DNA of 64,000 nucleotides. Source: Octopus vulgaris (taxonomy: Eukaryota). The notes beneath the pieces are model-generated. The model was not told the DNA's origin. It was given only the letters and a program-made list of their open reading frames with translations, and made no database searches. A program made the position numbers and the translations under genes. Shown in pieces: positions 37,615 through 50,387 of this stretch. The stretch spans positions 40,176,001 to 40,240,000 of the forward strand of contig OX597835.1 of NCBI GenBank assembly GCA_951406725.2, read 5' to 3'. How positions within the stretch are numbered: position 1 is the stretch's first letter; each line of letters starts with the position of its first letter.

Positions 37615-37866
37615 CACGGACATGGCTGTGTAGTTAGGGAGCTTGCTTCCTAGCTACATGGTTTCGGGTTCAGTCCCACTGCGTGGCACTTTGGGTAGGT
37701 GTCTTTCACTATAGCCTCGAGCCGACCGGAGCTTTGTGATTGAATTCGGTAGGTGGAAGTTACTGCCGTGTGTGTATGTGTGCGTATAGCTGCTCAGTGC
37801 CTCTCCAAAAGAGAGAGAGAGGGATATAAAATTAATTATATACATATATGTATATAATTAGATTAA

Positions 37867-38108
37867 GGGACCAAGGGCAAAAAAAACGACCTATGTTCAA
37901 AATGCTTGAACGCCGAAGCTTTCAGATGCTACCAAAAAACTCCAAAAATATACACGGATTGTAGGCAAGTGAGTGAAAAAACATTAAAAAGATTTCACGT
38001 TTTTTCTACTCGCTCACCAACAATCCATGTATATTTTTGAAGTTTTTTGGTAGTTTTTGGGCATTCAACCATGTTGGACATAGGTCATTTTTTTTTTATC
38101 TTGCTCCC
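37867..38108. mobile_element. imperfect hairpin MITE with TTAA|GG termini (possibly Kolobok-type)
   Basis: TTAAGGG...CCCTTAA with dyad symmetry along its length. The symmetry extends past the TTAA, so the true ends are uncertain. Confidence 0.45.
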
Positions 38109-38296
38109 TTAATATAATTATATACATATGTATATCATTATTAATTTAATGTATAAATTACCTATAAATTTTTAATGCATGCTGACTACCTGATAAAAAT
38201 AATTAACATGATTTTATCCTTATATTGTGAGAGAAAGAGAGAGAGAGAGATGGATGTATGAATGGATGGACAGACAGACAGACAAATATATCAAAT

Positions 38297-38552
38297 TTAT
38301 TCCTCAAGGTTTGTAATTTTAAACACCCACGCCCAGTCACAGGGTAAGCTCGATATAGGGATGTTGGGTAGGTCAATTTTAAGCCCAGTCGTAGCATAGT
38401 AACTGTATGTAAATGTATTTGGATAACCAAGCATGCGGACAACTGTTCTTGATGTTGGTTTTGCAGCTCCAAGGATGAGCATGTTATTGTTTGGCCAAAG
38501 CAACGTAGTAGCATACACGACTTTTGTGTTGTTCTCCATTTTACTGGTGTAC
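38297..38552 (-). CDS. FUCA: alpha-L-fucosidase exon 8 (C-terminal domain, stop)
   Basis: ctccag|G YTSKMENNTKVVYATTLLWPNNNMLILG...LPCDWAWVFKITNLEE*. 256 nt. The eight exons sum to 1455 nt in frame. Confidence 0.93.
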
Positions 38553-39438
38553 CTGGAGGGGAGAGAAATGGTAAAACAAGAAAACCAGATAATGGCATGG
38601 AGCAATGATGTATTCATTCAATCTTATAAATGTGTGTGTGTGTGTGTGTATGGCACTCTGTCAGTTATGATGACGAGGGTTCCAGTTGATCCGATCGACG
38701 GAACAGTCTGCTCATGAAATTAACATGCATGTGGCTGACACATGCAGCCTTAATGTAGTTCTCAGGGAGATTCAACATGACACAGAATGTGGCAGGGCTG
38801 GCCCCTTGAAATACAGGTTCAACTCATTTTTGCCAGCTGAGTGGACTGGAGTAACGTGAAATAAAGTGTCTTGCTCAAGGAGACAAAGCATCGCCGGGAA
38901 CTGAACTCACAACCTCACAATCATAAGCCAAACACCCTAACTACTAAGCCACGTACTTTCACCTCATATACATTCATACAGACAAACAAACTCCAGATCC
39001 AAACATGGCAAGTTCCAAGCTAGGTGAAGAATAAATAACAACACAGATGGTTTGTGTATATATATATAATTATAACAATAAGGGTTTTGCAACAAGTTGC
39101 TTGACCACATACCGAAAATTTTAGAAATAGCAGCCAAAAGACTACTATTTCCTTTTACTACAAAAATATGTCTCCACAGACAACAATATTTGTAAGGAAA
39201 CATATTTTTGTAGAAAAAGGAAATAGTAGTCTTTTGGCTGCTATTTCTAAAATTTTCAGTATGTGGTCAAGCAACTTGTTGCAAAACCCTTATTGTTATA
39301 AATATATATAAAAAAAATTTTTGTATAAGTTTTTACCGAATATGGTCCTTTTCCATACAGAAATACTACTAGGTGAAATTTGTTGAATTTATTAAATTAA
39401 TTATCTTTCACCCTACATCTGTAATGACTATATATATA

Positions 39439-42279
39439 CTAGAAGAAACACCTGTTGTCGACTGGGTTGAAAATAGCTGCCAAAATTGTACTATGAGTAT
39501 TGGAGGTTATTCACTTAGATTGTATTGATATTAAGGGCCACTATGAATAACAGTGGCCACAGGACAGGGCCCTGTGTAACACCACTCCTTAATTGTGTTT
39601 TCTTGGAGGTGGCCCCATTGACCACCACAACCTGACTTCTATCTTTCAGAAAGTCATGTAGCTGTTCTCCAAGTTTTCCAAATAATAATAATATATATAT
39701 ATATATATATATATAATGAAATTATTGTATACAGTGCTCAGGTGCACCACAACTTGTCAGAAAGTGCATATAAAGTATATGCAGTAATGTACAAATGTCT
39801 GGAAAGCAAACAATGTATGAGTCAGATACATACTTGTGTGTGTATGGAGGGGAGAAAATCAGGTGTAATGTTGGCGAATCTCAGAAAGCATGGAAGTTTT
39901 GAAGGATGCAGTGCTCCGACAACTAACAACTGATGCCGGCAGTTTGTTCAATGCTTCAGCAACTCTCAGCGTGAAAAAATGTTTCTGAAAGTCATGGGAG
40001 CTGTGCTGTTTTCTGACTTTGTAAACATGTCCACGGGTGTTAGACAGGTGGAGTTTGAAAAGGTGCTCAGAGTTATTGTTAGTAAGATGGTTGATAATTT
40101 TATGGGTGTCTGCCAAGTCAGCTGCCAGACGTCGGAGTTTCAATGTATCTGTGCCCAAGGAAGTAAGGCGTTCAGAATATGGAAAATGCTTGATGGAGGG
40201 TATACTCTTTGAAGGATGTGCCAAGATTTCGGAGCTTGTGACAAATCATACTATGATCAACTTTGTCAAAAGCTTTTGCAAAGTCGAGGAATATCCTGTC
40301 TACATTTGAGTCACTGAGCAGCTGTTTTGGCACCCAGTCGTAATGCCGCAAGAGCTGTGTCAGGCAGCTTCTACCTGGTCGAAAACTATGCTGGGTCAGC
40401 AAGTCATTCTCTTCCTTAGGGCTATTCGTTCCATGGCTTTGCTGATGTGTGAGGTCAGAGAGATAGGCCTGTAGTTTTTAGTATCTGCTCTGCTTCCTCC
40501 TCTATGGATAGGCCATATTATTCCCTCTTTTAGTTTGTCCTGGAGCTTACCATTTACAAGGAAGCTCTGAGAAAGTCACTGCAATGGTTTTGCAAGGTCT
40601 CACTTGAATGACTTGAAGGGGATTGCTGGGAATCCATCAGGGCCAGCAGCTGAGTTTGCGTCTATAGAATCTATTGCTAGCATTACATCCTTTTCTTCGA
40701 TGTTGATGTAATCAAGTCTTACTGCCTCCCGTTCAGCTTCTGTAGCAGTAAAATATTATACAGGTTTGTGTATATAAACTTCTGGTCTTTGACCTCTAGT
40801 GTTTCAGTCTATAAAGAAACAAACATTGCACAGACTTTGGCTTATGTCTAGCACAAGAAAACTAAATATAAGTCCAGGGAAAAGTAAAAATATATGTCCT
40901 ATTATTTATTGAACTTAAGTATTACAACAAACAAAAATACAATTAGCTTTTCTTAGATGAATGTAGTGTGACATTGACACTAAAGATTTGAAGTCATTAT
41001 TCATTCTGCCAATATAAGTTTGTTGATCCCATTCTAAAACCTTCCTTATAGACAATGTTTCAGGTTTTACCAGTAGAGGCAAAAACGAAAAGATTAATAA
41101 TAATATAATATGAAATTATTGTATACAGTGCTCAGGTGCACCACAACTTGTCAAAAGTGCATATAAAGCATATGCAGTAATGTACACATGTCTGGAAAGC
41201 GAACAATGTATGAGTCAGATACATGCTAGTGTGTGTATGGAGGGTTGAAAATCAGGTGTAGTGTTGGCGAATCTCAGGAAGCATGGAAGTTTTGAAGGAT
41301 GCAGTGCTCCGACAACTAACAACTGATGCCGGTGCTTTGTTCAGCAACTCTCAGCGTGAAAAAATGTTTCCGAAAGTCATGGGAGCTGTGCTGTTTTCTG
41401 ACTTTGTAAACATGTCCACAGGTGTTAGACAGGTGGAGTTTGTAAAGGTGCTCAGAGTTATTGTTTGTAAGATGGTTAATAATTTTATGGGTGTCTGCCA
41501 GCCAGACGTCAGAGTGTCAATGTATCCTTGCCCAGGGAAGTAAGGCGTTGTCCTTGCTCTCCACTCTGGAACCCCAACATATAACTGGCTGTGTGATAAA
41601 CAGCCCTCCTCTAATTGCAAAGCAGTAACTTTCAAAGTCTGATCTTGGGACTTATTAATGGACATCGCAAAAGACGGATGTATTGGAAATTGAAGTCATT
41701 TCAACTGGAAGGGTATATCGGAGGGCATTAAAGGTAAGCGAGGAATAAAAACATCTTCACCTTTTTCACAGATAGAAATTATTGCAGCCTCCATGACATT
41801 TTTCTTTAATTTCTTCACAAATTTTGTACCAATGCACAGCTTTGGTTGAGAAAAGTTCAGGCAGAGAGGCATGACTGGAGTGCCTATTTTCATTCGAAGG
41901 CATTGAGCAGGTGCTCCTTGTGACTCCAATGAATTTAAGAACTCAACCGGGTAAGTGACAATTTCTGAATATGTTCATTTCCTGGTAAAACTTTCTCGAG
42001 TCTTTCATTTAAATTATTCACAGTAATGTTATATGGTGCCAAAGTTTTATTTAGTTATCTCCCTTAGACCGTTCTTTTATTCGGGAATTGTGATATGTAC
42101 GTGTTGGAAAAGGGCTAGTCACTCCCTTCGGAGGGCTGCTAGAGACTTGGGACCACTTCCGTTGTCTTCGGCATAAAATTTTACCCAAGAATAAGTTTTT
42201 AGTTTTTATATAGATGTTGGAGCCTTTCTTGCCATAGATGGACACACACACACACGAACGTTCATTTTTATTAAATAGA
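39439..42279 (-). mobile_element. Helitron relic with PIF1-helicase remnant and nested LINE fragments
   Basis: A|TC 5' end at 42279 and CTAG|T 3' end at 39439. 41565-41960 translates as YPVEFLNSL...GTPVM...[18 protein letters not shown]...FAMSINKSQDQTL...HSQLYV. Confidence 0.7.
39715..40760 (-). mobile_element. CR1/L2-group LINE fragments (3' end plus RT piece)
   Basis: FRPGRSCLTQLL...FLDFAKAFDKVDH and YSERLTSLG...TRGH. A similar 3' end is at 41095-41550. Confidence 0.85.
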
Positions 42280-42511
42280 TAATAGAGAGAGTGAGAAAAA
42301 GATAGAGAGGGAGAAAAGAGAGAGAGAGAGAAAAACACACAGACAGACAGATAAATATGTAGGTGTGTGTGTGTGTGTGTGTGTAAAATAATCATAAAAG
42401 TAGGTCTACTCTGAAAAACTAACCTGGGTCTGAGCAAGGACTTACACTTAAACATGGATATATGCAGACACTCATGCACATTGATATGCACATATACACC
42501 TTCAAGATCGA

Positions 42512-42548
<37 letters not shown>

Positions 42549-42825
42549 CAAAATTTAGAGGATTGACCACTAAAAGTGGACAGCCTGTATGCTAGATATA
42601 GACGTCAAAATCGCCATTTTCCACAGAGAATGTGTTCTCAAGAAAAAAATTTTTGATGAATTTTTTCTTGAGAACACATTCTCTGTGGAAAATGGCGATT
42701 TTGACGTCTATATTTAGCATACAGGCTGTCCACTTTTAGTGGTCAATCCTAAATTTTGTGTGTAAAAAAATTTTTAATTTTCAGATTTTTTAAATGTGCT
42801 AGGCCACTGGTTTTAATTGATTAAT

Positions 42826-43403
42826 ATCATTCGGAATGCTCACAGCAGCCATATTCCTACCGTTCTGTCACGCTGGTGAGACTCATATTGGAGTACGGGA
42901 TTCAAGCCTCTTCTCCTTATCTCCTCAAAGACATACATCATCTCGAAAGAGTCCAGAAGCTGGCTACCCGCATGGTTCTTTGTCTCAAGCATTTGTCTTA
43001 TGAAGAAAGGCTGAAGACGCTCGACCTTTATTCTCTAGAAAAACGCCACCACCATGGTGATCTCATTCTTGCTCACAACATCATAAGCGGAAAGTGTAAC
43101 CTCTCGAAAGAGCTGTTCTTCACTCCTGCTCCAGAGCGTAAGCTGCGGGGTCACTCCGAAAAGCTCTATCTGCGACGATTTCATCTCAATCGAAGGAGAG
43201 GGGCTTTCTCCGTCCAGGTTGCGGATCTGTGGAATAAGCTGCCAGACGAGATAGTGAAGATGCCGATGGCCACTTGGTTCAAAGTCTTTCTTGACCAGAA
43301 ATGGCCTGAACTCTTTGCATGAACACCCTCTCTGTACATAACTCCATGTCCCCCTACATGGCCTTGCTTTTTGCTTTTTGAGCCAAAAAATTAACTTAAC
43401 TTA
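42826..43403 (+). mobile_element. CR1-like LINE 3' end
   Basis: LERVQKLATRMV...LSYEERL...LRGH...WNKLP with a (TTAAC)n tail. A shorter copy is at 3255-3489. Confidence 0.85.
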
Positions 43404-44091
43404 ATTTCTACCTTTATTTAATTTTATATATATAAACTGACACAGAAATATCCTCTATGCATGCACTCACACACATGCATAGACATGCAGAAATCTATAA
43501 ACACACTCATGAAGGTGCATGGCTCAGTGGTAAGAGCATCGGGCTCAGAATCATGAGGTTATGAGTTCAATTCTCGGACCAAACCTTGTGTTGCGTTTTT
43601 TGAGCAAAACACTTTATTTCATGTTGCTCCAGTCCACTCAGCCGTAAAAATAAGTTGCAACAACACTAGTGCCAAACTATATCGGCCTTTACCTTTCCCT
43701 TGGATAACATTAGTGATGTGAAGAGGGGATGCTGGTATGCGTGGGCCACTGCTGGTCTTCCATAGAAGACCTTGCCTGGATTTGAACCTTGAAGGGTAAC
43801 TTTCTAGGTGCAACCCCGAGGTGATTCATAACCAAAGGGAGGAGTTACTCTTTTATATGCACACTCATACACATATACACACATAGATGCATAGCAAAAT
43901 ATTTGTGAAGTAATCCAAGCAATGGAGTCGCTACATTGGTGATTGATGTTCTAGAAATAGTAGCCAAATGTATCTACTTTCTTATAAAAAATGAAGGGCA
44001 CATTGGTAAATGTTTTTCAAGGTACACGATGTCAGCAACAACATCTGAAATATTTCAGACAAATGAAGATAATGGAAGCAAATATTCTTAC

Positions 44092-44262
44092 CAAACTTTC
44101 TTTGTATATGTGTCGTTCTGGTGGGTCCAAGGTTTGCTGCCATAGATGGCCTCTCCATTGACTTTGAGCCACTGACCAACTTGGAGCAATCTCTCTTCAA
44201 ACAGTGGATCAATACGTCCATCATGGGTGGGTCCAATGTTCATTAGAAGGTTTCCTCCACAG
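44092..44262 (-). CDS. FUCA: alpha-L-fucosidase exon 7
   Basis: attcttag|[59 protein letters not shown]|gtaaga. 171 nt. Confidence 0.95.
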
Positions 44263-44513
44263 CTAAGAATAAATTAGATTGGCATATCTCATGTGAGTAT
44301 GAGAAAGTAGATGTTAAAATGATGGAAACTGAAAGAAGCCCGTCATATATATGCATATATATATATATGTATTTATGTGTGTGTGTGTCTTTGTGTTTGT
44401 CCCCACCACCACCACCACCACCACCTCCACTTGACAAACAAGGTGGACAAAATAGTACTCAAATACCAAAGGTAGAGTAACATGCTTTTATCAAAGCTGA
44501 AAGATTATCACAA

Positions 44514-44559
44514 AAAACTGTTACTCAGAGTTTCACGTTCCCATTCATCAGACAGTTTT
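44514..44559 (-). ncRNA. minimal type I hammerhead motif in FUCA intron 6, sense to FUCA
   Basis: AAAACUGU-CUGAUGA-AUG(GGAA)CGU-GAAA-CUC(U)GAG-UA^ACAGUUUU. Stem I is 8 bp. Confidence 0.8.
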
Positions 44560-45444
44560 CATCACAACTGCTCAACAAACGGGAATGTGAAACTCTGAGT
44601 AACAGTAATCTTGCAGCTTTAGTAAAAGCATATTACTCTACCTTTGGTATTCGAGTACTATCTTTACCACCTTGTTTTGCACTTATGTGCTCACCCGTGT
44701 GTATGTGTGTATTTTTTTTTTTTTTTCAAATTATAAATAGAAATAAATTGTAGACTGTTCATATTTTTAAATTCTTTTAAAATTTCGCTATTGTTTTTAA
44801 ATTATATTTAATTTTCTGTTTGGAAATAAAGGAAGTAGGGAGGATCATAATAGAGATAGCCAATTTCCAAAATTCTTCAAGGCATTTCCCATTGATTTAA
44901 GTGCTGCGCAGTGCAAAACAAAATTGGTCATAATCAGTACTGAGTGGAGGAAGGGATTTGGAAAATTCATGAATTTTCAAAAAAAAAATTTTTTACTATA
45001 AAGGCATCTCTCATTGATTTTAAGTATTTAGTGCAAAAGAAAATTGGACAAAATCAGTCTGGAAGGGGGGTAAGAAGGATTAATAAATTTTCAAATATTT
45101 TCAAAATAACCCACCACGACCCATCATTTGCAAAGATGTGGTAAAAAATAAATTTGAAAACTTCCCATAGGCGTAGGAGTGCCTAATAGGCATAGGAGTG
45201 GTTGTGTGGTAAGTAGCTTGCTTACCAACCACATGGTTCCGGGTTCAGACCCACTGCATGGCACCTTGGACAAGTGTCTTCTACTATAGCCTCGGGCCGA
45301 CCAAAGCCTTGTGAGTGGATTTGGTAGACGGAAACTGAAAGAAGCCCGTCGTATATATGTATATATGTATGTATATATATAATATAATTAGTGAATGGAA
45401 GAAATGGAGTTGAACGAAGATTGTACAGAATTCCTTTTATTACA

Positions 45445-45524
45445 TTCTACACATGTTTCAAAGGCCACAATTTTCCAAATTCTGATTAAATAAGGATACC
45501 ATATTGCAGCTTTCTCTTCAGGAA
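45445..45524 (-). ncRNA. type I hammerhead motif with long stem II in FUCA intron 6, sense to FUCA
   Basis: UUC-CUGAAGA-GAAAGCUGCAAU...AUUGUGGCCUUU-GAAA-CAUGUG-UA^GAA, followed within a few nt by AATAAA. Confidence 0.7.
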
Positions 45525-46223
45525 AAAGCAGGAATTACGTTGACAGAACAAAACAAAACAGAGGCGCAGCAAAGCAATTCGAACAAGGACGCTCCTTAAG
45601 AGCCCATGGTTAAACTGTTTATCAATGTACGTTGAAATCGGGGGGTTGGTGGGGGCCGACAAAAGGTCCGTTGGAATAATTACAGGTCAGGCCGCGGTCA
45701 AATCTAGTAGGTGAGGAATTAATGAGAACAAGGGGTGTGGAGATGTTCTGTGTGACCAAAACTAATGTTCTGAATATTTTAAGAATACAGGGTGTATTTT
45801 AGGGGCGAGACAAAACCTACCTAAAAGCATGTATGTGTGTACTAGCCTATGTGTGCACGGCCGTATGTATATATATGTATATATATATGTATATATATGT
45901 GTGTATATGTTTGTGTGTCTGTGTATGTCCCCCAACATCGCTTGACAACCGATGCTGGTGTGTTTATGTTCTCGGCAAAAGAGACCGATAGAATAAGTAC
46001 TAGGCTTACGAAGAATAAGTCCTGGGGTTGATTTGCTCAACCAAAGGTGGTGCTCCAGTATGGCCACAGTCAAATACATGAAACAAGTAAAAGAATAAAA
46101 GAGTTTCAAAAAGGAGTACATCCAACTTATGTAGGTGTGCAATTCCAAAAGTCTGCCAAGGCATTCTTTTATCTATAAAAGATACCAAACAATTCAATAA
46201 AAGATACCAAAGTCAGTACCAAC

Positions 46224-46356
46224 CTGATGGTCTCAACTAGTAGAGATATCAGCCCTTCGATGGTATAATAGTCAGAGTAGCGAGCACGGCGCCGGTAGCC
46301 CCAGGAATATTTATCAATAGTCATGGCATTCTCCCATTTGTGATTTATCAATTTAC
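46224..46356 (-). CDS. FUCA: alpha-L-fucosidase exon 6
   Basis: catccag|[47 protein letters not shown]|gttggt. 133 nt. Confidence 0.95.
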
Positions 46357-47432
46357 CTGGATGAATGACATTTGGAAGAAGAAAAAGGTTTACTGATAAT
46401 TATCTCCAGATTTATCTCAGTGTATATATATGTCATGTAATAACAAATTAAATTATTTAAACTTTTTTTAAACATTTAAATCTTAAGTAGAAAATATGAG
46501 GTTAACAATCAGAAAAATGTATTTTCTTTTTCATCAGTTTTCTCTCTTCAATTTTTAAAAAGATTAAGTTAAGCCAAGCTCATGCCACAGCTTACCTCTT
46601 CAACACTGAAGATCAAATTTTGTCAGCTTATTATCGTCAACAATAAAGATTGACTCAATTAGAGTTCATGTCAGTTTATTTCTTCGATTTTGGGGGTGAA
46701 AGCAAGTTCATGTCAAACAGATCGATTCAAACTGAATGCATGTCACAGTTTATTTCGTCAGCTTTGAACTGATAACTAATGTGCAGTGATCCTGTTATAC
46801 ATGGCCTCAAATCTACTTGATTCCAATCAAGCAAAGTTGAGACTAGTTTAACAGGATCCCACACATCAGTTGTAGTTAGTAACATCTGATGCTGGGTCAC
46901 AATTACTACAGTTGTAGTAATTTCCAACAGGCTGGCATCATGTATAGAAAAAGATTGGTCTCTCACCTGCTTAAATGTCACACAAAATTCTGTTATACAC
47001 CTGCCCCAGGAACTTGTGATGTTGCTTCTTTAAGTAAACCTTCAAACTTTTTGAAGCACCCTTTCATCATTTTGGCAGACAAAAACATGTTCCAAGTAGT
47101 AAATAGCTATCTTTCTATATATTGGTCATTTGGTATTTTATTTGTTAAGGTTATCTCTACAGACCCTCTATAGAAATTATATAAAACACTGATTTTTGTT
47201 ACACCGGTTCATATCCAAGATGCCAGATGTAAACAAACAATGAAACTAAAGATGAAATATGGCTAACAGATGTACATGACATACTTCAGAAGACTTTGCT
47301 CTTTCATTAGCACCCATCCAACCCATTAATCAACCACAAACACACTGCTTAAATAGCATATAGCAGTGTTATATTATTGGCTATACCAATTTACATATTA
47401 AATGCATTCCTGGAAGCTGGTATGTAAATATT

Positions 47433-47863
47433 TGTAACAGAATGAGAGGTCCCCGCACTGGATGGGTTCAGCTCGCATCCTTTACATTAAAATATTAATC
47501 GAAGGAAAGAATCAAGACTTCCGATTAACCTCAACAGTATAAATATTTATTTCTTGATTTGCAATATATACATTTCTTCCTCTGGGCTAATCGGCAGCCT
47601 AGGAGCTTATCGCAGTAGTCAAGTGGAGTGAGCCAAATCCTCTCCGTTCAAGCATAGCGGAGATACGCCACGAGGTAGCAGCTTGAGAGAGCTGATAAAA
47701 CACGATTGTCCTGTTCAGCTGCTGGTGTTTGAGAGAACGATACAAGGGAATTTCGCTGCTGCTAGATTTCTGCGCATGCGCACAAGGGGACTTCCGGCAG
47801 GCCTCCCGGAAGAATCCAACTCTGCACATGCGTGCTGGAGATTTCCAAGATGGCGTCACTATA
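47433..47863 (-). mobile_element. probable solo LTR
   Basis: TGTAAC...CACTATA termini (the expected CA end reads TA), 4-bp TSD TATT, AATAAA on the minus strand near 47548, CpG-rich promoter-like part. Confidence 0.6.
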
Positions 47864-48426
47864 TATTAATGACTTAAGGCAGCGAACTGGCAGAAACGTT
47901 AGCACGCCGGGCAAAATGCGTAGTCATATTTTGTCTGCCGTTACGTTCTGAGTTCAAATTCCGCCGAGGTCGACTTTGCCTTTCATCCTTTCGGGGTCGA
48001 TAAATTAAGTACCAGTTACGCACTGGGGTTGATGTAATCGACTTAATCCGTTTATCTGTCCTTGTTTGTCCCTTCTATGTTTAGCCCCTTGTGGGTAATC
48101 AAGAAACATATATATTAATGACTTGTAGGGGCAGAATATTTCATTACGCAACCATAAAATACTAGAAAGCATAAAGCATATTGTTTGCTTACATCATGCC
48201 TCTCAGATACAAAACATCGTAACAAAATCCATGCTGGTTCTAATTTCTAGAGAAAACCTGTAGATATAACCTTAACAAATGGTGTTAATAGCATTGCCAA
48301 CACAGTTTGAACACAGTATTGACTTATAGAAATGTTTGACATACTTTATACTTTGCAGTGTATTAGGGTTGCATAGTGAAATACCGTTTCCCTAGAAGTC
48401 ATTGATATTTGGTATTTTGTACTCAC

Positions 48427-48524
48427 CAGGGTTATATCTATCTTGGCAAGTGTAAAAGTCTCCATGGTGACATGAAATTCCAATTCCCCATCGGTCATTG
48501 ACCACAACAGTGTCTTTCACTGGA
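48427..48524 (-). CDS. FUCA: alpha-L-fucosidase exon 5
   Basis: ttccag|[34 protein letters not shown]|gtgagt. 98 nt, NDRWG motif. Confidence 0.95.
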
Positions 48525-49611
48525 CTGGAAGAGAAAGGCAGAGAAATGGAAGAAAATTCAAGATCGTTAAAGGTATTTTAGGTATTGAAGGATCACAATG
48601 TAAAAGATGTACTTGAAAGATAGACAGACAGACAGACAGACAGAGGGGGAGGGAAATGGTTGACTGAAGGTGGAAGCAGGGGTGGTGGTGAAATAAAGGA
48701 AGAAAGAAACATGAGAGTGAATTAGAGAGGGGTGTGTAAATTGGAGAGAAATGAGGAGTGAGCTGGAGAGAAAAAAGGGAGATTAGAGAAAGGAGAGAGA
48801 ATTAAAAAGGAATTTCTGAGTCAAAGAGTGAGGTAAGAATTTCGTTTAAAATGTTTAATTTGAAATATGTGCAGAAGTCATTTTCACTTTCAGGACAAAA
48901 ATGTTATGCCAATGTTGCCATGGCGCAGGAGTGGCTGTGTGGTAAGTAGCTTGCCAAACATCTCTGAAAGTTTCATCCGAATCCATCCAGCGGTTTTTAA
49001 GATATCTTGTCCATGGACCAACAAACAAATACGACTGAAAACAATACCTCCACCTTCGCTAAGGCAGAGGTAATAATCTTTACTATTATTGGCATAAGGC
49101 CTGAAATTAGGGAGGAGGGAGTAAAGTAGATTAAATGGAAACCAGTGTTCTTAATTGTTACATATTTTACCAACCCTGAAAGGATCAAAGGCAAAGCTGA
49201 CCTTGGTGGAATTTGAACTCAGAACATAAAGACAAACAAAATGTTACTAAGCATTTTGCCTAGAATGCTGATGAAACTACCAGCTTGCTGCCTGAGGTGG
49301 AGGAGGAGGAGGAGGAGGAGATGATGATGATGATGATGACAATGATGACGACGATGATGATGACATTGATAATTATATCTTTATTCCCCAAAGGGGGCTA
49401 AACATAGATGGGACAAACAAGGACAGACAAAGGCATTAAATCAATTACATCGATGCCAGTGTGTAACTGGTACTTATTTAATCAACTCCTGAAAGGAGGA
49501 AAGGTGAAGTCAACCTCGGCGGAATTTGAACTCAGAAGGTAGCGATGGCCGAAATACCACTAAGCATTTCGCATGGCGTGCTAACAAGTCTGCCAGCTCG
49601 CCACCTTAAAA

Positions 49612-49644
<33 letters not shown>

Positions 49645-49648
<4 letters not shown>

Positions 49649-50200
49649 GCCCTGATGCAGTACCAGGCAGTGGCTCTCATGGCTTCTGATCTTAACTGAT
49701 TGCAAGTGTTATCATGTACATTGTTTTGTCTTGGTATAAAAGATGGGCTACAGCAAATATTCTGCTCAATACCACAGATTTGCTTGTCAGTTGTTTGACT
49801 TTAACCAGTTGATCTTGTCCCTTTGTGGCTGACGATATGTGCATCTTTGTTCATGAGCAGAAGTAGTGGGGGAGCATCATAGCCATGTGTTGAGAGGAAT
49901 TCTTGGAGGTTTGGATAATTCACCTTTAGAAACATGGGTGTTTCGTTCAACATCCTTAAACAATCCTTATTCAGGGACCTTTTGAGCAGGATGGGCTACT
50001 CAACCGGAAAAAAATTCTAACTGGGTCCCACCTACAAGGTCATGCGCTGTTTATCTTGATATGAGATCACCATGTCGTGCACATATGGTTGTGATGCATG
50101 TGCCTGGTGTACCCTTATCAGACGGGTAGTCATGATGGGTATACTGGGCTTCGTATATTTTACCCGTGTCACTTTGATGGCATGCACTGCTCTCTCATTC
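49645..50200. mobile_element. non-coding element embedded in (AAT)n, possibly Dong/R4-related
   Basis: Flanked on both sides by (AAT)n tracts, no credible ORF. The family assignment is inference from target preference only. Confidence 0.35.
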
Positions 50201-50240
<40 letters not shown>

Positions 50241-50253
50241 GTACTGTACCTAC

Positions 50254-50387
50254 CTGTCATTATAGAGCCATGCAATAAACTCTGTTGAATTCCAGTATTT
50301 ATCTGGCGCTTCCCAATCACCATCTGACCAAATTACATCAGGTTTGTAATTCATAACCAGTTCATACAACTCAGGCATTGTTTTCTT
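50254..50387 (-). CDS. FUCA: alpha-L-fucosidase exon 4 (catalytic nucleophile)
   Basis: ttattag|[46 protein letters not shown]|gtaggt. 134 nt. WSDG carries the GH29 nucleophile Asp. Confidence 0.95.
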
